From NCBI GenBank assembly GCA_032718475.1, contig JAUCBJ010008283.1, positions 1 to 60,633 on the forward strand: a stretch of 60,633 nt of DNA, in the 5' to 3' direction. The notes below the pieces were generated by a model. That model was given only the letters and a program-made list of their open reading frames with translations, did no database searches and was not told the DNA's origin. The stretch comes from Nemertoderma westbladi. Its lineage: Eukaryota > Animalia > Xenacoelomorpha. The position numbers were made by a program, and so were the translations under genes. This document shows positions 21,618 to 33,140 of the stretch, one piece after another. How positions within the stretch are numbered: position 1 is the stretch's first letter; each line of letters begins with the position of its first letter.

Positions 21618-21819
21618 TCTGCCTACCTCTTTAGCGAATTTGTACTTGGCGCTTTTTTCCTTGGCTCCTAACGGGATCAAAGAATTTGATCTGGTTGAAC
21701 CGCACGATACAATTACGATGACAGGAAAAGCTCTGTTTGCCGTTTATAATGCCGCATCCATGATAGTTCTTATCAATATGCTCATTGCAATGATGAGTAT
21801 GAGCTACCAGAGAATTGAG
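21618..21819 (+). CDS. TRPC: TRPC channel exon (pore helix, S6)
   Basis: LPTSLANLYLALFSL...GKALFAVYN...VLINMLIAMMSMSYQRIE; acceptor ttgcag, non-canonical donor GAG|gcgagt. Confidence 0.93.
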
Positions 21820-22028
21820 GCGAGTACTTTTATTATATTTGTTCCTAAACATTACAAAGTTGTTTATAACTTGTCATGTCTGACTTCAAGTTTGAGTTAA
21901 ATTATATTAATGGCATCCGAATTCAAATACACCATATTGGAAATTCGTATAATTAAAAAGAAGACATTCTTATTGTGCAAGCAATATAGATCGACGAAAG
22001 TTTATGAATTATTTATAATAATATGCAG

Positions 22029-22271
22029 GATCACGCAGATATGGAATGGAAGTTTGCGAGAACGAAATTATGGATGGGATATTTCGATGAAGGTTCTACT
22101 TTACCTGCGCCATTCAACATCGTCGTAACTCCTAAGAGCATATTCTATGTATTGAGAGCCGTTAAAAGGATTGTATTCGATAGATGCCTATTTGTTAGTT
22201 CAGTTCGGAAGAATAAAACGTCATCCTCGAATCTACGCAACCGGAATTACCCAAGAGATTCTTCACTCAAG
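22029..22271 (+). CDS. TRPC: TRPC channel exon (TRP box)
   Basis: [37 protein letters not shown]; 243 nt, phase 0-0, donor AAG|gtgagt. Confidence 0.96.
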
Positions 22272-22968
22272 GTGAGTGATGGAAGCTCGGTATTACGTAG
22301 TAATGAGTAACATGTCACGCCACCCCAACCCCACCCCACCACCACACACACACTCCACCGCATCTATATAGCCAAAGTCATTCATAACATTATGAGTTAA
22401 TCCAAAAGGTAAAATAAGGCCAAATAGCAATTTTAATTTAAGCTAAGCAGCAGCACATTCACAACTTTCCCTATATTATCTTTTTTCATATATTTATTCT
22501 TTGTTGCTCAAATTTAATTTTGTGGTTTCTATTAATATTGATGCATGAAATTATTAATTATCAAACGATAAGCAACCCCACTGCTATTATACCATCAGAT
22601 AAGAGGGACTGACTGTTGACTCAGTTAGAAAGGATCCCTCTCCAGTGGAAAATCGACAGAAATAACAACTGAATGCTCCCCAAAATTAAACTGTAATCTG
22701 TCCTATAAACTTTAGTTTATTGTTTTGGTTAGAATAACGTGCCACTGTAACGTCTTCATTTCTTTTAATTGATATCTCATATTGTTAATGCCCAACTCAT
22801 TTACCTCTATAGCAGCTAATACAGTAATAATAATATTTTATTTATACTATTTTTCGAACAACCAGAATTTTACGAAACTGGTGGAACTCTGTTCATGGAT
22901 CTATGACACCGTTTAAAAAACAATTTGAAATGTTTTTGAAGGATTTAATTCCGTCACCAGTTGATTGG

Positions 22969-23515
22969 GGGACGTTAGTGCCCGCGAGACGTTAGTGCTA
23001 GTGTTATTAACTAAAAGTACTACTTTACTTTTAAATCGTCGACAAATTGTCAGACAGTCGACGGAGTATTTTTCTTGAAATCATTAATTAATTACTAAAA
23101 TATATTGGTTAGTGCGTCCTCCGACGATTATACTGTAGTACTGCACCTTGTTTTTTTACTGTCTCCAGTAAAGGTCAACAAATTAATAAGTATACTCAAT
23201 CAAAAGTAGGTTACTTATAAACAATCAAACGCTGTTGCTCATTCCTTTAAAATTTTACCGCAAAACAAAATAATATAAATGCTATCATGTCTAACCGAGG
23301 TTAATATATTTTTGACCTTAAAAGATCCAAGTTGAATTTAAAATGTTAAATAACGAGATGCGGGAACTAAAGACTGGAAATTGCCTTAGAAGTTTCAAGA
23401 AAGTAACGACTCGTTTGCATCAGCAGGGAAATGTTTTCCTGGCCTGTTGTATTTATTACATATACTAACTAAGTCGCTAGGCTGGGCACTAACCTCTCGC
23501 GGGCACTAACGTCCC
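22969..23515. mobile_element. MITE with ~30-bp terminal inverted repeats
   Basis: GGGACGTTAGTGCCCGCGAGACGTTAGTGC (22969-22998) versus GCACTAACCTCTCGCGGGCACTAACGTCCC (23486-23515), 1 mismatch. CCAGTTG occurs near both flanks. Confidence 0.8.
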
Positions 23516-23675
23516 AAGACCCTCCAGTTGCAGTGTCTGGGACTGGGGCGATGCTTTAATCAATTGGGTGGACAGGTTGGCAGTGCCAATCGCCAATTGT
23601 ATCCCCTAATCTCAAATCAGCATCTCAGCGTAATTGCTTCTCCAGCAATGCAAGGAAGGGATATTTAACTATGAG

Positions 23676-24790
23676 TTGGGACTACTCAACTCATAGGCCT
23701 GTATATTGCCGATTGGGACTACTCAACTCATAGGCCTGTATATTGCCGATTTGGACTACTCAACTCATAGGCCTGTATATTGCCGATTGGGACTACTCAA
23801 CTCATAGGCCTGTATATTGCCGATTGGGACTACTCAACTCATAGGCCTGTATATTGCCGATTGGGACTACTCAACTCATAGGCCTGTATATTGCCGATTG
23901 GGACTACTCAACTCATAGGCCTAGTGTATATTGCCGATTGGGACTACTCAACTCATAGGCCTGTATATTGCCGATTGGGACTACTCAACTCATAGGCCTG
24001 TATATTGCCGATTGGGACTACTCAACTCATAGGCCTGTATATTGCCGATTGGGACTACTCAACTCATAGGCCTGTATATTGCCGATTGGGACTACTCAAC
24101 TCATAGGCCTGTATATTGCCGATTTGGACTACTCAACTCATAGGCCTGTATATTGCCGATTGGGACTACTCAACTCATAGGCCTGTATATTGCCGATTGG
24201 GACTACTCAACTCATAGGCCTGTATATTGCCGATTGGGACTACTCAACTCATAGGCCTGTATATTGCCGATTGGGACTACTCAACTCATAGGCCTGTATA
24301 TTGCCGATTGGGACTACTCAACTCATAGGCCTGTATATTGCCGATTGGGACTACTCAACTCATAGGCCTGTATATTGCCGATTGGGACTACTCAACTCAT
24401 AGGCCTGTATATTGCCGATTGGGACTACTCAACTCATTGGCCTGTATATTGCCGATTGGGACTACTCAACTCATAGGCCTGTATATTGCCGATTGGGACT
24501 ACTCAACTCATAGGCCTGTATATTGCCGATTGGGACTACTCAACTCATAGGCCTGTATATTGCCGATTGGGACTACTCAACTCATAGGCCTGTATATTGC
24601 CGATTTGGACTACTCAACTCATAGGCCTGTATATTGCCGATTGGGACTACTCAACTCATAGGCCTGTATATTGCCGATTTGGACTACTCAACTCATAGGC
24701 CTGTATATTGCCGATTGGGACTACTCAACTCATTGGCCTGTATATTGCCGATTGGGACTACTCAACTCATAGGCCTGTATATTGCCGATT
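23676..24790. repeat. 37-bp minisatellite, ~30 nearly identical copies
   Basis: Unit TTGGGACTACTCAACTCATAGGCCTGTATATTGCCGA. Confidence 0.97.
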
Positions 24791-25434
24791 ATTTATTATT
24801 TTATTGCATTTTATTTGTCTCTGAATAAATATTTATACACCATGGCGGAGGGTTGTATTTATATTTCTCAAGAGTATGTTTGGGCGTCAGTATTGTATCT
24901 ATTTATTTAGTTTCGAATACATACATACTTTTCAAGATGAATGCAACACCCTCACCGCCCGAATATGAACAGCAGCGGCAACTTCACTCTTGGTTTTTCA
25001 ATTAATATTAGTCTATTAAAGCCCCACACGCATCTGCAAAAATTATCCTATCGTTCTATGATGAGATATGATATAAATAATACTATTCACAGTTCACAAA
25101 TCTTTTTATGAGAATATTCGACAGAAAATTATTGTCTACAAAATCCCCTCATAATATTTTGGCAGTAAATATTTTCTGCCACTAACTTATCTTATGTACA
25201 TTATTGCAGACGTTAACTTCATGTATTGCGCGCGCAACGATGTGTAATAATGTTTAGAGTTCAAAAGTAATTTACAATGAAATTAGTTATTTCTTATCGA
25301 TTCTCCATCGCCATATGTTCTTTGCATTCACACACTGGATTAGAATAAAATATCGCACAAAAAGAATTTTTCATCCGTTGCTTTCGGTAAAAACCTGTAC
25401 GTTTTTATGATGATTTATTATTACTATTTTACAG

Positions 25435-25503
25435 AACAGACACACTGCAACTACAGTATTTGATGGGAAAAACGAAAACATTGATTCTAAAAAATTCTAT
25501 GAG
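25435..25503 (+). CDS. TRPC: TRPC channel small exon (69 nt)
   Basis: ttttacag|NRHTATTVFDGKNENIDSKKFYE|gttagt; phase 0-0; joins to give FYE-EVMKKLVNRY, matching the TRPC YxEVMxxLVxRY helix. Confidence 0.75.
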
Positions 25504-27426
25504 GTTAGTGTATTCATTTCATTAACTGCAGCCGTATTAAGTACAGAGTTGACAATAGTTGGTAGTGCGCGGGTTTATTGTGACGAAATCAAACCATTTG
25601 TGATTGGGTGGCACCAACATCTTAGGTCTGCCAATTTGTTCACGTTCCCATTGTTCAGACGTGTTAATTATTCATTTATTTTTTCCCTGCCTTTTTAATG
25701 AATTAAATAGTAAATACATGTGCCGCATTATTGGATCTGAATTTGTTACTTATACATACTGATGCATACTTACATAACTTTGTCTATATACCTATTATTA
25801 ATATATTATTAGTATTTTATTTGTTATTTTGTTATTATTAATCAATTGTAGAACTGTGTCTATATATATTAATTTAATCATTAAAAAGAAGTTACTTCTG
25901 AGATTATTAGTATATTTCGAATATTGTATATCCTGCTATCTACTTACGCTGTACATAGCTTTGGCTCGTGTATGATATGAATTTGAATTAAATGCAATGT
26001 AAATGCACCCCATCTAGAGGATCAGATCTAGCCATAATGGTAGTCAGTCACATTAGCTCGTGATGATTTTAGGTAAAAGTCAGCAGAACCTTATAAAGTA
26101 AGTGTCAACTGACAAACTAAATTTACTCAAAACTAGGGTAATTCCAAATCAATATCTTTCAGTATGGCTAAGTATATCAGCAGTGCTGGAATTGAGCCGT
26201 GATTGTCATGACATGCCAACATGACATGACGTACTGGGCCATTCTACGCCGTCCTTAATATGCAATAACATATGGTTTCCCGTACTATAATATTCCATGA
26301 TATGCTATGTTATTCCCTTACTGTATCTCGAATCTTCTGATAAAATAATTAATCCTCAGTTTTCCAAAGAGACTTAGAACTTCAGGTAAACTCTAGTAAA
26401 CTCTAAGATTGCACCACATGAACTTATCAGATAATATTAGCTGATACATCATTTCGAATTATAGGCTCTATTATTCCTTTTGGCTTACCTGGCGGTATTG
26501 CTGATAAGCTGATTCTGTGAAATTTCTTAACAAATTTAATTCCTCATTTGTATTCCAGTTTCCCCACGTAATATCATAAAAGTGTGTCCTACATTGTTAT
26601 TGAATTACCTCAGATATCTTATCTTAAACATGAATTAATTACGAATATATGAACTCGTTATTCTTAGCACTACCGGTACCATTACGTATTATTCAGTATC
26701 AATAATGTATGAATAATTTATTGATATTGTCACTCGTACATGGAATGCTCGCTCATAGTCTGTTAGAATTTGAATACAGCTTGTCTGTCAATGCGGACTC
26801 AATGTTCCTGTATGGTTGATATATGGATCGTATACAGATGGTTGAGATATGGTCAATGATATGCATATCAATAGTAATATATGCCTTAAAGGTTATATTT
26901 TAGAACTTCGTTATAATGTCTATATTATTGTATATTATAACATCACCACTACTGTATCTCAACTCTATATTGATTAGTATTTCGGGAAGCATACATAAAT
27001 CACAAATATTAAAGTAGTAAAAAAGTAATTAAAGTTTCTTGTTAAAGATAGACGGGTAGACAACACAAAAACAAGTGTATGGCGATCTTTTAACCTACTT
27101 AAGATCACTATAATTCTTTATCGCAACAAATTTATTTCCCACAAATATAATCATTAGCCCACTAAATTTTTCTTTCATTAAAATAATTATTCTATCACCA
27201 AAAATAATTATTGTCCACTATTTATTTATTTATTTATTTATAATTGGAAATCCACTAAAGAAATATCTATGTTTCAACTATATTTTATTTTGTGTCCACC
27301 AAATAAAATCATATTTCACTAAGAATTATTCAAAATTTATAATCACTTTCCACTACATTTATTCACTTCTAATTTTAATATTTTTTCACAAAAAATCAAT
27401 AGTTACATTCACCTTCCCTTCCCCAT

Positions 27427-30400
27427 ACGCATCTGCATTAGAGATGATACACGCCCCGCCCTGTCTATACTGGATGCTCCTCTACCAGTGTTAGGTAACC
27501 TAACCCAGGAGGCACACTTGGTTCAGGGTGTAACAAATGGACCCCTACAGTCGGCAGCAGGGCTGTAGGCCATGGATAGGCGGAAGGTAATCAACCAACG
27601 GCTAGACATGCTGACAAGGTCGGCGGAAGGTAATCAACCAACGGCGACCTACTGCGAAGACGCTTGTAGGAGTTGCGACCACAAGCGGTTTACCCCCGCA
27701 ACTGAAAGATATGACTATGAGAACCCTCCAGGAGAAATACCGGCTCGGTCGTCGCCCGGGTCAACAAGGACCGCGTCCCTCAGTGGTACACCAGGCTGGG
27801 GTCGATAAATTGGCTACTGGAACAGAAGACAGAGAAGAAAGAAGAACCAACCTGTTGAAATGTAAAAAGACACTAAAGATTGCTACAATGAACGCACGCA
27901 CGCTGAAAGCACAGAGCAAACAGGGTGACATGGTCGCTCTGGCAATGGAATATAACATCGACATCATCTGCATCCAAGAACATCGGATTTGTCATGAAGA
28001 CACTGCCATGAAGTACAATGACATTGGAAATGGATGGACGTTAGTAACAAGCTCAGCAGTAAGAAACTCGGCCAATGCATCAATTGGTGGAGTAGGAATT
28101 CTGCTAAGCCCATTTGCACTTAAGACCCTAAACAACATCGAATCTATAAATTCCACGGTTAGGATCGCAACATTTGATGGGAATCCCAAGACAACAGTTA
28201 TATGTTGCTACAGTCCACCCAATGCATCAGAGCCAGAACAAGCAGTCAAGTTTGATGAAGAACTGACTGGACTTATTAAGGACATCCCGAAACACAATGT
28301 TAAAGTCATTGCTGGTGACCTGAATGCGCAAATTGGCCCAGAAGACATCAAGGGTTACACCTATAACACCAGTTCTAACAGAAATGGGTACTTACTCTTA
28401 GACCTAATGGAAGAATGTGAATTGATACCAACAAACAACACATTCGAAAAGAGTAAGGGGAAGCTATGGACCTTTCAATACCCTAATGGAACCAAAGCAC
28501 AACTGGATTACATCCTTATAAACAAAAAGTGGAGAAATACATGATCAACTGCGAGGCATACAGCTCGTTCAACCTAATTGGTTCGGACCACAGAATTGTG
28601 ACTGCAGAGATCAGACTCAGTTTGAGAGCCAGCAAACCCAGGACAAGCAAGCATATCAACTATGACTGGGAGAAACTCAGAACTGACAATGCTGTAAAGG
28701 ATGCTTATACAGTAGAAGTTCAAAACCGCTTTGAAGCACTTCAGTCAATGGATGAAGACCAATCCACCGATTCAATATACCAGAATATAATAACAGCCCA
28801 CAAGGAATCAGCTAAGAGGCATATCCCCCAGAAACCTAAACGAAAACAGTATGTGCCATGGCAAAACTCTGAGGTTACTTGTAAGAGAGAAGATCTTAAG
28901 ATAGCCTACAAAGTTAAAACCGAACAACCAACAACCGAAAACATTAACAAGGTTGAGAAAGCGAAGGACGATCTTAAATTGGCCTACAACATCAGCCAGG
29001 AAAAGTACATACAGGATAAAACTGAAGCAATTACAACAGCTCACATACAGCAACAATCAAGACTTACCTGGCAAACTGTAAATGAGGTATCTGGTCGGAA
29101 AAGTTGTGCAAAGGGGCGCCTCAAAGCCGATAGTCCTGAAGAACGTGTTGGGAAGTGGAAAAATCACTTCAGCAACTTGCTTGGGCAGCCACCAAACATC
29201 GAGGTCAGCCCTACAAGGAAAATATATGACAAGACACTACCTATAGAAACAGGGGACTTCACACCTGCCGAACTCCAAAGAAGCATTAAAAGCATGTCCA
29301 ATAATAAAGCGAGTGGATTAGATGAAATCCCAGCGGAGGTATGGAAAACCGGAGTGCTAAATAGACCATTATTGAATGTTTGCAACCGGATGTTAAAAGG
29401 GGAAAAGCCACCACCAATTTGGACTAAAGGTCAACTAAAGCCTCTCCCCAAGAAAGGAGACCTCGGCATACCAACAAACTATCGTGGGATCTGTCTGCTT
29501 GTGGTAGCTGCCAAAATATACAATAAAATGATTCTATATAGGATTAGGCCTCACATAGAGAAACTACTGCGTAAGAGCCAAAACGGATTTCGACCAAGTA
29601 GATCAACAATAGCTCAGATACTTGCACTACGGAGACTGATTGAAGGAATTAAGTCAAAGAATCTCCCCGCAGTCATGACTTTTGTGGACTTCAAGAAGGC
29701 ATTCGACTCCATCCATAGAGGTAAAATGCTTGAAATCCTAAGAGCTTATGGAATACCAGAAGTAATTGTTGCTGGCATTGGATTGCTATATTGTGACACA
29801 GAAGCGCAGGTACTCTCACCAGATGGTGAAACTGAGTTTTTCTCAATCCTGGCTGGCGTACTGCAAGGTGACACATTAGCACCATTACTATTTGTAATTG
29901 TGCTGGATTACGCAATGAGGACGGCCACAAAGGGTGAAGATCTGGGATTCACACTTCAAGAACGCAGAAGTAGTAGATATCCGGCAACTACAGTCACAGA
30001 CACTGACTTTGCGGATGACATCGCCCTGCTCTCTAATACGCTACCAGATGCACAGCTTCTACTAAATAAAGTGGAGAGGGCTGCTAAGGAGGTTGGATTG
30101 CATATAAATGCTACCAAGACCGAATTCATGACCTTTAATGTTGATGGAAACTTGACAACCATTGATAATAATCAACTAAGGAAGGTCGATGACTTCCAGT
30201 ACCTTGGATCATGGATAGAGAGTAGCAAAAAGGACATAGAAGTTAGGAAAGCAAAGGCTTGGGTAGCTCTATCAAAAATGGATACCATCTGGAAATCAGA
30301 TCTCTCCAGGCACCTGAAGACCAAGTTCTTTCGAGCCACAGTGGAAAGTGTATTTTTATACGGGGGTGAGACCTGGACACTGACTAAATCACTTGAACAA

Positions 30401-30760
30401 CGAATTGATGGTTGCTACACAAGACTACTAAGGGCAGCCCTAAACATCAGCTGGAGACAACACATGACAAACGCCGAGCTTTATGGTACAATACCACCTG
30501 TATCAACCACCCTCCGCGAACGCAGATTAAGATTCAGTGGGCACTGCTGGCGAAGTAAAGACGAGGTCATACCAGATCTACTTCTCTGGCAACCAACTCA
30601 TGGAAAGCGTAGTCGTGGACGACCTGCCATAACATATATAGATCAACTTGAAAGGGATACTGAACTTGGGAGAAACGAAATTGCGACAACTATGGAGAAT
30701 CGGGAAGCCTGGAAGGATCTCATTTCCACTGTCCGAGTTCGCTCGACCTAGTAGTAGTAG
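27427..30760 (+). mobile_element. RTE-clade LINE, apparently full length, one frameshift
   Basis: Single APE+RT reading frame, (TAG)4 tail at 30749-30760, 12-bp target duplication TCCCTTCCCCAT (27415-27426, 30761-30772). Confidence 0.93.
27711..30751 (+). pseudogene. RTE endonuclease/reverse transcriptase ORF broken by a 1-nt deletion at ~28540
   Basis: APE motifs IATMNARTL, CIQEHR, AGDLNAQIG, QLDYILINKKWRN|MINCEAY..SDHRIV; RT motifs NYRGICL, QNGFR, FVDFKKAFDSI, GVLQGDTLAPLLF, FADDIAL, FQYLGS. Confidence 0.9.
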
Positions 30761-31753
30761 TCCCTTCCCCATTAGGTGCATTCACCTTCCCTTTCCCATT
30801 AGTCACATTAACCTTGCCTTCCCCATTAGTTACATTCACCTTCCCTTCCCCATTAGTTACATTCACCTTCCCTTTCCCATTAGTTACATTCACCTTCCCT
30901 TTCCTATTAGTTACATTCACCTTCCCTTTCCCATTAGTCACATTCACCTTGCCTTCCCCATTAGTTACATTCACCTTCCCTTTCCCATTAGTTACATTCA
31001 CCTTCCCTTCCCCATTAGTTGCATTCATCTTCCCTTTCCCATTAGTTACATTCACCTTCCCTTTCCCATTAGTTACATTTACCTTCCCTTTCCTATTAGT
31101 TACATTCACCTTGCCGTCCCCATTAGTTACATTCACCTTCCCTTTCCCATTAGTTACATTCACCTTCCCTTCCCCATTAGTTGCATTCATCTTCCCTTTC
31201 CCATTAGTTACATTCACCTTCCCTTTCCCATTAGTCACATTCACCTTCCCTTCCCCATTAGTTACATTCACCTTCCCTTTCCCATTAGTTACATTCACCT
31301 TCCCTTTCCTATTAGTTACATTCACCTTCCCTTTCCCATTAGTCACATTAACCTTGCCTTCCCCATTAGTTACATTCACCTTCCCTTTCCCATTAGTTAC
31401 ATTCACCTTCCCTTTCCCATTAGTCACATGAACCTTGCCTTCCCCATTAGTTACATTCACCTTCCCTTTCCCATTAGTTACATTCACCTTCCCTTCCCCA
31501 TTAGTTACATTCACCTTCCCTTTCCCATTAGTTACATTCACCTTCCCTTTCCTATTAGTTACATTCACCTTCCCTTTCCCATTAGTCACATTAACCTTGC
31601 CTTCCCCATTAGTTACATTTACCTTCCCTTTCCCATTAGTTACATTCACCTTCCCTTCCCCATTAGTCACATTAACCTTGCCTTCCCCATTAGTTACATT
31701 CACCTTCCCTTTCCCATTAGTTACATTCACCTTCCCTTCCCCATTAGTTGCAT
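30761..31753. repeat. 27-bp minisatellite, ~37 copies (first unit displaced to 27400-27426 by the RTE)
   Basis: Unit CCATTAGTTACATTCACCTTCCCTTTC. Confidence 0.97.
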
Positions 31754-32934
31754 TATTTAAAATAAGGTGTTACTGTATGTAACCTTCTCATTTCCTAGTA
31801 AATCTCAGGTCAGGACCTAATGCCGCAGGACGTAACAACCTAGTAGACCTACTCTTTATACTTACAATCAGAGAGGAACACTTTTATGATTATATCTCTT
31901 TACTAACCTGCACGTTAACTTTCGTTTATTGGTTTGGTTCCGCGATCGCTGCCTCTGTATCCTGCTCCTCTACAAACCTGATCCTTTCTTCTAAGGGATC
32001 TAATACTCCAGCGGGAACCTTTCGCCCCTGGTGACATATCGCGGTGGGACCTGAGCGGGGCAGGTCGTACTAACATGGAACTTATCGTGACACAATCAAA
32101 CCGACAGACAGTTGGTATCGGACCTAAAGCACCATTTTTCATTAGCAAAAGTTTTATAAAATTCCCAAAACTTGAATTAAAAGTTGCAAAAAAATTTATT
32201 TTTTAAAAATTTTAAAAAAGTTATATAAAAATTCGTAATAACTATTTACATACTTGTGTGTAAAGTACCACTTTTTACAGTGTGATGATCCGAGTGGCTT
32301 TTTTACATGAATGAACGTTAGTGAGTGAGTGAAAATAAAGCCCCTTTATCAGAACAATGTAAAGTACTTTGCAACAAGTATGTATGTAGTTTTATTCCAA
32401 AATTTTAACATTACGAAATGATTGTATATACATTATAAGTGATAGAAAATGCACAAATTATATTAGTTGCAGTATAAATAATTGTAAAAAAGACATAAAT
32501 TATGTTATAAATAAGTTAGCTTATATTTGTGGTGGCGTTTGGAGCCATGTTAATAGTTTATAGATACTGGTTATTAATAGCTACAGGTTGGTAATGCAGT
32601 AGGCCTAACTCTCTGTCAGGCAATTAATATTAAATACCACCTATTGTTTACGTGGTAACCAATGATGCCGTAACTTTACAGCCCGGCGACATTGGTTACC
32701 ATATAAACAACACAAATACACTACTAAATGTACAGGCCAATACAATACTGTAATGTCCTCCAAAGTTGTAAAGTGCTAAATAACAACTCGCTATTAATAC
32801 TACATGTAACGGGTTTGAGTAATGTTACAATTTTGAAATAAATGTTTATTAATTACAGTATTTTGTTTGGAAATATTCTAGAATACATAATTAGGATGAC
32901 AATACTATACTATATTCGAGCGTACGAAGGCGCA

Positions 32935-33140
32935 GGCATCCGGTCAAACCGGCTCTACCCTCTTCCTGGCATTCCCTCCAGGATGGAGGGAATTCCACAG
33001 CTGACCAATGCCCGTCTCACAATGTCATTCAACATTGCATGACGGGCGTGTCGGCCAGCGCTCCTCCTGCAGGAAAGTCCATGGAGGCCATTTTCCGCCA
33101 CGGCGCTTCCACATCGGTCGCAGTTGTGGGGTTCCACAAC
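32935..33140 (-). mobile_element. Fragment of a CRE-like non-LTR retrotransposon (zinc knuckle before the REL endonuclease)
   Basis: CDRCGSAVAENGLHGLSCRRSAGRHARHAMLNDIVRRALVSCGIPSILE. Confidence 0.75.

Noticed and set aside
23676-24790. CRISPR-like array (37-bp repeats); likewise the 34-, 36- and 40-bp arrays
   Set aside because: Units are head-to-tail with no unique spacers, there are no cas genes, and the context is eukaryotic intronic or intergenic DNA.
26000-26900. Possible ancient retroelement remnant; similarly 33660-34450
   Set aside because: Composition is suggestive, but I could not read a convincing protein motif, so it is left uncalled.
30648-31782. GKGKVNVTN / PFPISYIHL repeat proteins (adhesin- or antifreeze-like)
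   Set aside because: Translations of the 27-bp array, open in several frames, with no splice or start context.
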